From: an uncultured Acidobacteriota bacterium
GTDB taxonomy: Bacteria > Acidobacteriota > Thermoanaerobaculia > Multivoradales > UBA5704
DNA: 64,000 bases
Assembly (NCBI GenBank): GCA_963770895.1
Contig: CAVYRF010000002.1
Span: forward strand, 4,576,001 to 4,640,000
Direction of reading: 5' to 3'
The notes under the pieces were generated by a model. It saw only the letters and a program-made list of their open reading frames with translations, was not told the origin of the DNA and did no database searches. This document shows positions 42,490-51,593 of the stretch, in pieces. Made by a program: the position numbers and the translations under genes. The first letter of the stretch is position 1. Every line of letters begins with the position of its first letter.

Positions 42490-44478
42490 ATGATCGATCT
42501 CCAGGATCTCCAGCTGCGCGAAAGCGAGCAGACCGAATGGAAGGAGAACGTCGCCGACATCGACGACGTGGTCGAGACTCTCGCAGCCTACGCCAACGAC
42601 CTCGCCAACCTCGGCGGAGGTTATGTGGTGTGTGGAGCACGCGAGGTCAAGGACGCCCACGGCTTCCCAAAGGTAGAGAGGGTGGGGCTGCAGGCAGCAA
42701 GGCTCAAAGAGGTGCAAGGCACGGTAATGACCCGCTGCCGGGAGCGCGTATCGCCGCCGATCACGCCGCTCGTGGAGGTGCTGCCTGGAGCCACGGACGA
42801 GGCAAAGATCCTGGCGTTCGTGCAACCTGCGACTGGTCAAGCACAGACCTTCCGCCGCGGTGATCATGGAGCCAAGCATTTCGTGCGGGTCGGGCACTCC
42901 ACGATCGAAGCTCGCAACGGCGTGCTGCGTGACCTCCTGGTGCGCAAGGGTGCACTTGAGCCGTGGGATCGCCGCCCGTGCGCGGGAGCGACGACCGCCG
43001 ACTTGGACCTGCTGGCGTTGCGCGACGCCCTTCAGCGGATGGCCTCGTTCCACGTCGATCGGGGCGTCGAAGGCTATCTCTCGGACGAGGTCCAGCTCAG
43101 TCCATTCGTGCCGCCGCTGTGCGCCCGCGAAGCGCTGACGGGCACCCTGCGTCCGCGCAATTTCGCTCTGCTGCTCTTCGGCCGCGAGACGCAACGCTGG
43201 GTGCCGGGCGCGTTCAGTATCTTCTCAATCTATCCTGGGGTGGACCGGTCTGACTCGCATGCCGAGCGGCATGAGCTGGCCGGGAACCTATTAGAGCAGG
43301 CGCGGCGGCTTCGCCAGCTCCTCGACGTGCAGTCATATGCCGCCTTCGACAAAACCGACCCGGCGTCACCTAACGCCCTAACGTACCCGCAGCGCGCCCT
43401 CTACGAAGCGATGGGCAACGCGCTCGCGCACCGGGACTACGAACTCGTCGATCCGACGCGGGTCACCGTCTTCGCCGACCGGCTCGAGATCCTCTCGCCG
43501 GGCTCCCTGCCCCCGGGCGTCGAGGTCACGGCGTTCCGCGAGGGACGCGCGGGAGCGAGGTGGCGCAACCAGGCCCTCGCCTGGTTCCTGAGCCGCCTGC
43601 AGTTCGCACAGGCGGAGGGACAGGGCATTCCGACCATCCTCCGTGTCATGCGCGAGGAAGGCAGTCCGCCTCCTGTCTTCGAGGTGAACGGCACGCGAGT
43701 TGTCTGCATCTTGCCTGCACATCCTCGGCATGCCCTCCTGCAGGAGCTGCGCGGCTCCGAGCAAGCGCTGGCCCTCGGCGAATTCCGCCAGGCGCAAGCT
43801 CAGGTACAGCAGGTACTTACCCAAGATCCGCTCAATTACCGCGCACTGCAGCTGCTGGCCGAGGTGCAGCACGCTCTGCACGACCCCGCACCGGTGGTGG
43901 CAGCCGTGTCTCGGCACCTCGAACGTATGGCGGGAATGCCTTCCACGGTCTTGATTCAGCTGGCGGAAGCGCTGACTGTCGGTGACGATACCGCGGAGGC
44001 GAACCGCATCCTCTCCCGCAAGCTACTGGGATTCGCGGTGCGGGCGCGTCTCGAAGAGCGCGAGCTTCGGCGGATCGCCGTGGCCCTCCTCCGGGCTCAG
44101 GATGCCCAAGCTGCCCTGGATCTGCTTGATTTGCAGTTGAGTGAGCACCCGGAATGGAGGCAGAGCGCATCCCTGCACCAGCTGCGCGGGGATGCCATGC
44201 TCGGCCTCGCAAAGCGCTGCCGGGTGACCGCGAGGAACCACGACCTGAAACCGGCCACCCGACAGCGCGCTTGGCGCGAGTTCCACGCCCATCTCGATGC
44301 AGCGGAGCATGAGCTACGCGAGGCCCTCGCTCTTTCCGTCGACACCGGCTTGAATGAGCTGATCGACCGTAACCTTGGCTTCCTCGACCGCTTCCGGCGA
44401 GAGAACCAGCCTTCACGTTCCTCCACCGAGCGCCGGCAGCGCAACGGGTCCGGCCACACTAATGGCCGTAGGCGCTGA
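42490..44478 (+). CDS. Schlafen/AlbA_2 domain + HATPase_c_4 (RecG C-terminal-like) protein with a helical/TPR C-terminus
   Basis: ESEQTEWKE...AYAND...GGYVVCG; YPQRALYEAMGNALAHRDY, DRLEILSPG and EGQGIPTI. Confidence 0.85.
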   Translation: MIDLQDLQLRESEQTEWKENVADIDDVVETLAAYANDLANLGGGYVVCGAREVKDAHGFPKVERVGLQAARLKEVQGTVMTRCRERVSPPITPLVEVLPGATDEAKILAFVQPATGQAQTFRRGDHGAKHFVRVGHSTIEARNGVLRDLLVRKGALEPWDRRPCAGATTADLDLLALRDALQRMASFHVDRGVEGYLSDEVQLSPFVPPLCAREALTGTLRPRNFALLLFGRETQRWVPGAFSIFSIYPGVDRSDSHAERHELAGNLLEQARRLRQLLDVQSYAAFDKTDPASPNALTYPQRALYEAMGNALAHRDYELVDPTRVTVFADRLEILSPGSLPPGVEVTAFREGRAGARWRNQALAWFLSRLQFAQAEGQGIPTILRVMREEGSPPPVFEVNGTRVVCILPAHPRHALLQELRGSEQALALGEFRQAQAQVQQVLTQDPLNYRALQLLAEVQHALHDPAPVVAAVSRHLERMAGMPSTVLIQLAEALTVGDDTAEANRILSRKLLGFAVRARLEERELRRIAVALLRAQDAQAALDLLDLQLSEHPEWRQSASLHQLRGDAMLGLAKRCRVTARNHDLKPATRQRAWREFHAHLDAAEHELREALALSVDTGLNELIDRNLGFLDRFRRENQPSRSSTERRQRNGSGHTNGRRR

Positions 44479-44594
44479 GCTGATTACGGTGTCCGATGTT
44501 TCGGATAGGCCGAGGCAGCGCGAGGCTTAGGGCCTCGGCCTCCTTCCAGGGCACCTTGAGGTAGTCGAGACGGGAATCCAACCGCGAAGGTTTA

Positions 44595-45059
44595 GTGACA
44601 AGACGTGCACGCACCCCTGGGGCCGCGTGCATAAGTGTTCGTGTCCGCTTACGAGGACGGAAGTCGAGTCCGCAGGGTTACCCGGAGGCACCCCGGACCA
44701 TTGGCGAGCATCTCCGGCGGGCGCGCCTTGACCGCGGCCTCGGCCAGAGACACGCGGCCCGCGAGATCGGCTGCTCGCAGGCGAGCCTCGCGAGTTGGGA
44801 GGCGGGGCGGGGCGCGCCGGGGCTGCGCTTCCTGCCCGGCATCCTGGCCTTCCTCGGGTACGACCCGCGGCCGGAGCCCGAAACCTTCGGCGGGCGGGTA
44901 AGGGCCGCGCGGGAGGGGAAGGGACTCTCCGCGGCAGCACTGGCCCGCCGGTTCGGTCTCGACCCATCGACCGTCTCTGCCTGGGAGCGCGACGAGATCA
45001 AACGGCCATGCCCCCGCATCCGGCGGGTCTTCGAGCGCTGGCTCGGAGGCGAGCCCTAG
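44595..45059 (+). CDS. XRE-family protein with tandem HTH domains
   Basis: TIGEHLRRARLDRGL...LASWE and RAAREGKGLS...STVSAWE. Start uncertain. Confidence 0.75.
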   Translation: MTRRARTPGAACISVRVRLRGRKSSPQGYPEAPRTIGEHLRRARLDRGLGQRHAAREIGCSQASLASWEAGRGAPGLRFLPGILAFLGYDPRPEPETFGGRVRAAREGKGLSAAALARRFGLDPSTVSAWERDEIKRPCPRIRRVFERWLGGEP

Positions 45060-45247
45060 TCCTCCATCCCCAAGATTCGCCGGAGCCCTTCCCGGAGGAT
45101 CTCCGCCTCCGTGCGGCGCTCGGCGTAGGCCCTTTCCCGGAGCGCTTCGGCCTCGTCCGGGTGAAGCCAGACATTCTTGCGGATCATGCCCGTCTTCGAG
45201 ACCGTGGTTTCGCCGCCGCGCGGTCCGAGGCGCTTCTTCTCGTTCAT
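45056..45247 (-). CDS. Small ribbon-helix-helix (CopG-like) protein
   Basis: 63 aa; IRKNVWL strand followed by helices EALRERAY and EAEILREGLRRIL. Confidence 0.65.
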   Translation of the reverse strand: MNEKKRLGPRGGETTVSKTGMIRKNVWLHPDEAEALRERAYAERRTEAEILREGLRRILGMED

Positions 45248-45464
45248 CCCCAGAACATAGTGAAGCCCCACAAACCCATCGGCGCCGGCTTTCCGAGCTG
45301 CCCCTAGAGTTCCCGCGCGCGAGACGCAGGAATCCTCGCCCACCTGTTCAGGCTCGATCCGCCGCCGCAGTGCCTCGGGAGCGCGGCGCGATCCGGCGCT
45401 TCCATCGGTGCACCTGTTAGGGGTTCCGGGTGCTGCCTCGCCTCGCTCTGGTAGCCCCGCCCCG

Positions 45465-45650
45465 TTATTCCTCGTCGAGGCGACTGGTGTTTGCGGGCGA
45501 ACCTCTGACGGTCAGTAGGGTTGACGGTCTCGCTCCTTCGAGCGCCCGGCAGCCTGGGCAGATTCCGAGGTGGTGCGCCACCCGTTCCACCTCAGCGACT
45601 CTCGCCCCGGCCGTGCGCAGAAGTTCCGCCTCGGAGAGATGCGCTGTCAT
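45465..45650 (-). pseudogene. N-terminal remnant of a zinc-finger (HxxxCxxC)/TPR protein
   Basis: MTAHLSEAELLR..GARVAEVERVAHHLGICPGCR aligns with the N-terminus of the 59640 protein (MPHVSKKDLLR..AGRSEVARLAAHLAGCAACR) but stops at 61 aa. Confidence 0.6.
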
Positions 45651-45960
45651 TCTTTCTCGCTCTTAAATGCGAATGCCCGCCACGACATTTTAGGCTACCT
45701 CCAAGTACGAGTCACTGTAGATTGCCGAAGTTACGGAGAGGCTGCTTCGCACTTCGAGATGAAAGGCCGCGGGCCGTCCGTACCTACTAAAAATTTGGAT
45801 TGACGCAGCTGCGCTGATACCGGTAGGCTGTATTCAGTTTAGAGCTTCAGACGCCGGAATTAGCAAACGCGCGGGCGTGGCGCTTGACCGCTGCCGAGAA
45901 CGTACTTGGCGGCCAGCGCCAGATCGTCCGAGGTTTCTCACTGACTTGCCGGAGGTGGTA

Positions 45961-48900
45961 ATGCGGCACGTGGTTCGAGCGCCTGTGCGGTTCCGAATCG
46001 GTATATCGGGTGCGGCCCGAGCCGGCAGGAGGCTCGTTTTCGCAGCATGCTCCCTCGCAGCTCTGGCCACCACCGCGCTGGCCGCCCAGACCGTGACGCT
46101 TCAGGCGAGCGCCGACACCACTCTTAAGCAGGGCAGTCCTAACAAGAGCTTTGGCGGTGAGACGACCCTGACCATCAAGGAAGGCGGCAGCCGCGTGCTC
46201 CTCCGGTTCGACGGAGCCGCCATCGCTGCGACGGTGGGCAGCGACAGCCTGGCCTCGGCAGCACTTCAAGTCTACGTGGGCGCCAATGCAGCGAATTGGG
46301 GCGCCACGGGCCGCACCGTGGACATCTATCAGCTTACCTCAGCGTGGACGGAGGCTGGAGCGACCTGGAACTGCGCCGCCGATCCGAACCCTGGGCATGC
46401 CGGCGCCGGCTGCACGAGTCCCTGGTCCGGTGGCACCCCCGCACAGGGCGCCAACGGCGCGAGCGGCGACGGCGAGCCGACCGACACGGCGCTCATCACG
46501 AACGGCACAAGCGGCTGGGTGACGTTCGACGTGACCTCGGATGTCGCGGCGTTTCTCACCGGCACGCCGAATAACGGATGGCTTCTCCAGAAGACGGACG
46601 AGGGCCAGGCGGGTCGGATCGATCTGGTCTCGCGGGAAGGAACGGCGGGCCTCGCTCCGCGGCTCATCCTCGTGAGCCAAAGCGCCACCTCCGATGCGGT
46701 GCCGCCGTCACTCGCCATTGTTTCGCCGTCAGAGCCGGTCTTGGTGAACGTGCCCGCACCGGCGGTCGGCCTCGCCTATCAGGACCCCGGCTCGGGCGTC
46801 GACACCTCGACACTTCGAGTCGCAATCGACGGTCAGGATTTCAGCTCGGGATGCAGCATCGGAGCGCAGGCGGCGAGTTGTCAGGCGCCTGTGCTGGCTG
46901 CCGGCGCGCACACCATTACGGCGAGCCTGAAAGATCACGCGGGCAACCTCGCCACGGCCACGAGTAGCTTCCAGCTGCTCCTCGGTCCCGGCATCTCGAC
47001 CCTCACCTTCCCGGTGAGCACCGACACCTTCATCACCGCCAAGAGCCCCGACCGTGAGCACGGGCGCGCCGCCGTGCTGCGGGTCGAAAAGAGCGGCCCG
47101 AGCCGGGCGCTGGTCGGGTTCGACCCCGGAAGCCTCGCGGCCGCGGTGGCCGGGAACCAGGTGCTGGCGGCCCAGCTTCAGCTCGGCGTCGCCGCGAATG
47201 CCAAGAATTGGGGAAGTGCCGGGCGCACCATCGGCGCCTACCGGCTGACCACGGCCTGGTCCGAGGCGGCGGCCACCTGGGACTGCCCGGCCGATACCAA
47301 CTTGGACAATGCCACACCCGACTGCGCGGCACCGTGGAACGGCGGCTCGTTCGTGGCCGCGCCAACGGCAACGGCGCTCATCACGCGGCAGACGACAGGG
47401 AGCGTGAGCTTCGATGTGACCACCGATGTGACCGCCTTTCTCGCCGGCACCGCGAACGACGGATGGCTGATCGGGAAGACCGACGAAGGGCTCGCCGGGC
47501 GGATCGATTTCACCTCGCGCGAGGCGAGCTCCGGCCAAGCGGCGCAGCTCATCGTTCAGGTCCAGGTCCCGGCGCCGCTGCCAACGGTTGCAATCACCTC
47601 GCCGCTCGACGGCTCCTACTCGCGCACGGCGAACGTCCAGGTCACCGGGCAGGCGGGCGGCTCCGCGACCAGCGTGTCGGTGAACGGCCAGGTGGCAACG
47701 CTCGGTCAGGGCGGCACCTTTACCACGCAAGTCACCTTGATCCCAGGTGCGAACTCGATCGTCGCAGTCGCCTCCGACGCTGCCGGAAACCAGGCGACGG
47801 CCACGGTCAGCGTCATTCTCGACACCACGCCTCCGGCCGTGACGCTGACCTCGCCGCTGCCCGGAGCCATCACGAACCAGCCGCAGGTCGTGGTCTCCGG
47901 CACTGCGCTCGACGACAACGGCGTCGCCTCCCTCACGGTTGCCGGCCAGGCGGTTGCGCTCTCGGGCAGTCAGTTCTCAACCACGGTCCAGCTGGCTGCG
48001 GGATCGAACCCGATCACGGTCACCGCCACCGACTTGGCGGGCAACACAGAGACCGTCTCGGTCACCGTGACGCAGTTCAGCGTGCCGGTCGTCTCGATCA
48101 CGGCGCCGGCCGACCTGAGCTATGTGAACGCCACGACGGTTACCGTGAGCGGCACCGCCACCGGCGCCACGAGCCTCAGCGTGAACGGCGTGGCCGCGGT
48201 GCTCTCGGCCTCTGGCTTTACCGCCACCGGCGTGCCGCTCATCGAGGGCGGCAATACGCTGACCGCCACGGCTACCGACGGTCAGGGCCACGTGGGGATC
48301 GCAAGCATCAACGTAGTGCGCGACCTGACGCCGCCGCATGTCGCGATCTATACCCCGGCCGCCGGCGCCGCGATCACCGGCTCGTCGGTCACCGTGTCGG
48401 GCCTCGTGAACGACATCGTGGCCGGCACGGTGAACACGAGCAATGCGACGGTGACCGTGAACGGCATTCCGGCGACGGTCGCCAACCGCTCCTTTATAGT
48501 CCCCAATGTGCCGCTGCAACCGGGCAGCAATATCCTGACGGCCGTGGCGGTCGATGCCGCCGGCAACCAGGCACAGGCAACGGTCACGGTGCGCCAGATG
48601 ACCCCGGCCGGTGCGCGCATCGCGGTGGCGGCCGGCAACGGCCAGAGCGCGCCGATGGCGACGCCGTTGCCGCAGCCCCTGGTGGCCGTGCTGCTCGACG
48701 TTTCCGGGCAGCCGGTCGTGGGCCGGCAGGTGCTCTTTCAGGCCGTTGGCACCGACGGTACCTTCGACAACGGGCGGCGCACCTATGCCGTGACGAGCGA
48801 TGTTTCGGGCCAGGCCACGGTGCACTTTACGGTGGGAAGCCATGCCGGCGCTGGCAACCAGATGGTGAAGGCGTCGGCGCCCGGCTTCAGCGGGCCGGCG

Positions 48901-50565
48901 CAGTTCGTGGCCAGCGCGCAGCCGGGAACCCCGGCGCTCCTCGTGGTCGATTCGGGTGACCAGCAGCAGGGCGTCGCTGGCCAGGCCCTGCCGCTGCCCC
49001 TCGTGGCAGTCGTGGTCGATGCCGGCGGCAACCGTCTGGCCGGCGTCGCGGTGACGCTCAAGGTGGCGAAGGGGGCCGGCACCTTCACGAACGGCCAGCC
49101 GACGCTCTCCTTGGCATCCGATACCGACGGCCGGCTCATTGCCTCGTTCATCACCGATCCCGCGGAGGGAGTGGCCAATAACGTCGTGGAAGCGACGATT
49201 GACGCTCTGCCCGCCGGGCCGGTGGTGAGCTTCACCGCCTCCGCGCTCGCAGCCTACGACCCGGCGCTCACCGCGATCAGCGGCGTCGTGCTCGACAACA
49301 GCAACCAGCCGGTGCCGGGAGCCACCCTCCGCATCCTCGGCACGGCGCTCACTACCGAGAGCGACCCGCAGGGCCTCTTCCAGCTCACAGCAGTACCCGC
49401 CGGCACGCTCCAACTCGTCGTGGACGGCACGACCGTCCAGCGTCCCGGCTCCTGGCCACAGCTGGAGTTCAACCTGACCCCCGTACCCGGCCGTAACAAC
49501 TCTCTCCGCATGCCCGTCTACCTGCTACCGCTGAACCTCGAAAACGGCATCGTCGTGGACGAGACGCACGGCGGCACGCTGACGCTGCCGGAGTTGCCGG
49601 GCTTCGCCCTCACTGTCCAGCCGGGATCGGTCACCTATCCCGGCGGGGGCAGGAGCGGCACCGTGAGCGTGACCGTGGTGCACAGCGACAAGGTGCCGAT
49701 GGTGCCGAACTTCGGCCAACAGCCGCGCCTCATCGTCACCATTCAGCCGGCGGGAGCGCAGTTCAATCCGCCCGCGACGATCAGCATGCCGAACGTCGAG
49801 GGATTACCGGCCGGCAAGATCACCGAGTTCTACTCCTTCGACCACGACCTCGGCCACTTCGTGAGCATCGGCCCCGGCACCGTGAGCGACGATGGCACGG
49901 TCATTACCTCGAACGCGGGGGTCGGCATCGTCAAAGCCGGATGGCACTGCGATGGCTCCCCGCAGGCTGCCGGCTCGCCGAATGCCTGTCCAACCTGCAC
50001 GCAATGCACAGGTAGCCAGTGCGCTCCCCAACCGCTCTGCCAGGCTTGTGGATCTAATGGTTCGCAGATGGCTTGCGACGGACAGGGGAGCTGCGATACC
50101 GGGCTTCAGTTGCTTCCTCAGATTTGCAGCCAGGTCAGCATGATCTCGTCTCAGCAGCAAAGCGTCCCCTGTAGCGCATATACAGGCGCCGTACCAGGAT
50201 CAACTTGTGGCGCTGGCATACAGATTCTCTATCAAACCCTCAAGGTGGCAAACTGCAATGGCGTAGATCTCGCCGGAGCAACTGTTCACGAAATTGTCAC
50301 AAGCGACCAAGGCTGCACTCGCCAAAAGCTAAATACAGGCTCGTGCACCGTCTCGGCGGGCAACCACATTGGCCAACCTGGGCATGATTGCCAGGACAAT
50401 TACTTCCTTTGCACTCCGCCCGGCGGATTCACGAGAACGGGGAGTTGCACGCAACACTACACCCAACAGATTTACGTTGGACCGTGTCTCGTGGAGACGC
50501 ATCTGATCACCATCCACTTCGAGGCTAGCCCTACCGGTTGCAGTGCTACGGCAACGAGGAATTGA
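45961..50565 (+). CDS. Giant secreted protein: two DNRLRE/CBM96-like domains, bacterial Ig repeats, carboxypeptidase-regulatory-like domain and a Cys-rich C-terminal tip
   Basis: GGAGG SD and signal peptide; duplicated DT...SP...SR.L..FD...W.E..ATW.C domain; D.AGN/DTTPP Ig repeats; after KAGWHC about 205 aa with 20 Cys. Confidence 0.88.
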   Translation: MRHVVRAPVRFRIGISGAARAGRRLVFAACSLAALATTALAAQTVTLQASADTTLKQGSPNKSFGGETTLTIKEGGSRVLLRFDGAAIAATVGSDSLASAALQVYVGANAANWGATGRTVDIYQLTSAWTEAGATWNCAADPNPGHAGAGCTSPWSGGTPAQGANGASGDGEPTDTALITNGTSGWVTFDVTSDVAAFLTGTPNNGWLLQKTDEGQAGRIDLVSREGTAGLAPRLILVSQSATSDAVPPSLAIVSPSEPVLVNVPAPAVGLAYQDPGSGVDTSTLRVAIDGQDFSSGCSIGAQAASCQAPVLAAGAHTITASLKDHAGNLATATSSFQLLLGPGISTLTFPVSTDTFITAKSPDREHGRAAVLRVEKSGPSRALVGFDPGSLAAAVAGNQVLAAQLQLGVAANAKNWGSAGRTIGAYRLTTAWSEAAATWDCPADTNLDNATPDCAAPWNGGSFVAAPTATALITRQTTGSVSFDVTTDVTAFLAGTANDGWLIGKTDEGLAGRIDFTSREASSGQAAQLIVQVQVPAPLPTVAITSPLDGSYSRTANVQVTGQAGGSATSVSVNGQVATLGQGGTFTTQVTLIPGANSIVAVASDAAGNQATATVSVILDTTPPAVTLTSPLPGAITNQPQVVVSGTALDDNGVASLTVAGQAVALSGSQFSTTVQLAAGSNPITVTATDLAGNTETVSVTVTQFSVPVVSITAPADLSYVNATTVTVSGTATGATSLSVNGVAAVLSASGFTATGVPLIEGGNTLTATATDGQGHVGIASINVVRDLTPPHVAIYTPAAGAAITGSSVTVSGLVNDIVAGTVNTSNATVTVNGIPATVANRSFIVPNVPLQPGSNILTAVAVDAAGNQAQATVTVRQMTPAGARIAVAAGNGQSAPMATPLPQPLVAVLLDVSGQPVVGRQVLFQAVGTDGTFDNGRRTYAVTSDVSGQATVHFTVGSHAGAGNQMVKASAPGFSGPAQFVASAQPGTPALLVVDSGDQQQGVAGQALPLPLVAVVVDAGGNRLAGVAVTLKVAKGAGTFTNGQPTLSLASDTDGRLIASFITDPAEGVANNVVEATIDALPAGPVVSFTASALAAYDPALTAISGVVLDNSNQPVPGATLRILGTALTTESDPQGLFQLTAVPAGTLQLVVDGTTVQRPGSWPQLEFNLTPVPGRNNSLRMPVYLLPLNLENGIVVDETHGGTLTLPELPGFALTVQPGSVTYPGGGRSGTVSVTVVHSDKVPMVPNFGQQPRLIVTIQPAGAQFNPPATISMPNVEGLPAGKITEFYSFDHDLGHFVSIGPGTVSDDGTVITSNAGVGIVKAGWHCDGSPQAAGSPNACPTCTQCTGSQCAPQPLCQACGSNGSQMACDGQGSCDTGLQLLPQICSQVSMISSQQQSVPCSAYTGAVPGSTCGAGIQILYQTLKVANCNGVDLAGATVHEIVTSDQGCTRQKLNTGSCTVSAGNHIGQPGHDCQDNYFLCTPPGGFTRTGSCTQHYTQQIYVGPCLVETHLITIHFEASPTGCSATATRN

Positions 50566-50568
50566 GCT

Positions 50569-51567
50569 ATGTGCACTTTGCGAGTCGGCTGCCTATTCGT
50601 GCTTGTGCTACTGCTTCATCTGGATGAGGCGGCAGCGATGCATGAGGTACCAAGTCCACCAGCAGGCCAACCCACGAACTGCAATTGGGTGGCGCTCTCT
50701 GCCGACAACCTTCTTGGTCAGCGCCTTGGCACGATCGAGCTTCGCGACGGCGATCTGACCGCGGTATTCGAGCATATCCTTAGCGATCGCGGTGTGCCAG
50801 TGTCCTATATCGAGGCTGAGGATCACCCGCCTATCACACTACGGCTGACAAACCCAACTGTGCGGGAGCTCTTGGACGCTCTGATCTCACAATCGCCAAC
50901 GTACCGCTATGGATTCCTCCATCAGCATCTCGTCTTCTACCCTCGGGTGCCCCCCTACGAATCGCTGCTGGCAGGCATGGTCTTGCCTGCGCTACCGCGC
51001 TTAAGCGCTTCATATCGCATGGTCAAAGAGTTAAAAAAACGGTACAGTGAATTTGCAAAATTGCAGCCGCCGATTTTGGTCGGCGATCCGCAAGATTTTC
51101 TTTTCACTGACGGCGTCATCGTTACCAAGCCCACCAGCGTACTAGACGGTTTGGTACAACTGCTGGGTAATCGGCCATCAGCTTGTTTCAGCGTGACGCA
51201 TAAGAGGTGGACCGGGCTAAGCGTCTCTGAGGGGCTCAGTTATTTGGATCTCTTTTATGTGAGAGTGCTGGAGAAGGTGGAGGTTAAGCCGATCCTGACC
51301 TTGGTTCGCGCAGGAGACGTTATTCCTCTCTCGGTTCGGGCAACGTTTGTCGCCGGTGGCGAGCAGGATGTAACCTCTGCATCTTGTGGGACGACATACT
51401 ACGCTGCCTATCCAGAACGGACCGCGGTTGACGAGAAGGGCGTGATGCGGGCGCTCGCTCCTGGGAATGCGGTTATTGTCGTGAGAAACGAGATGGAGAC
51501 AATTAGCCTGCCATTCACCGTAGTGGCGGGAACGACGGCGACCGCACCGCACCCAGGGACTAAATGA
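50569..51567 (+). CDS. Exported hypothetical protein (STN-like N-terminal domain, Big_2-like C-terminal domain)
   Basis: Starts 3 nt after the upstream stop; signal peptide; ITLRLTNPTVRELLDAL; VDEKGVMRALAPGNAVI; AT-richer codons. Confidence 0.7.
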   Translation: MCTLRVGCLFVLVLLLHLDEAAAMHEVPSPPAGQPTNCNWVALSADNLLGQRLGTIELRDGDLTAVFEHILSDRGVPVSYIEAEDHPPITLRLTNPTVRELLDALISQSPTYRYGFLHQHLVFYPRVPPYESLLAGMVLPALPRLSASYRMVKELKKRYSEFAKLQPPILVGDPQDFLFTDGVIVTKPTSVLDGLVQLLGNRPSACFSVTHKRWTGLSVSEGLSYLDLFYVRVLEKVEVKPILTLVRAGDVIPLSVRATFVAGGEQDVTSASCGTTYYAAYPERTAVDEKGVMRALAPGNAVIVVRNEMETISLPFTVVAGTTATAPHPGTK

Positions 51568-51593
51568 AAGCCTTACGGCTATAGCGTGAGCCT

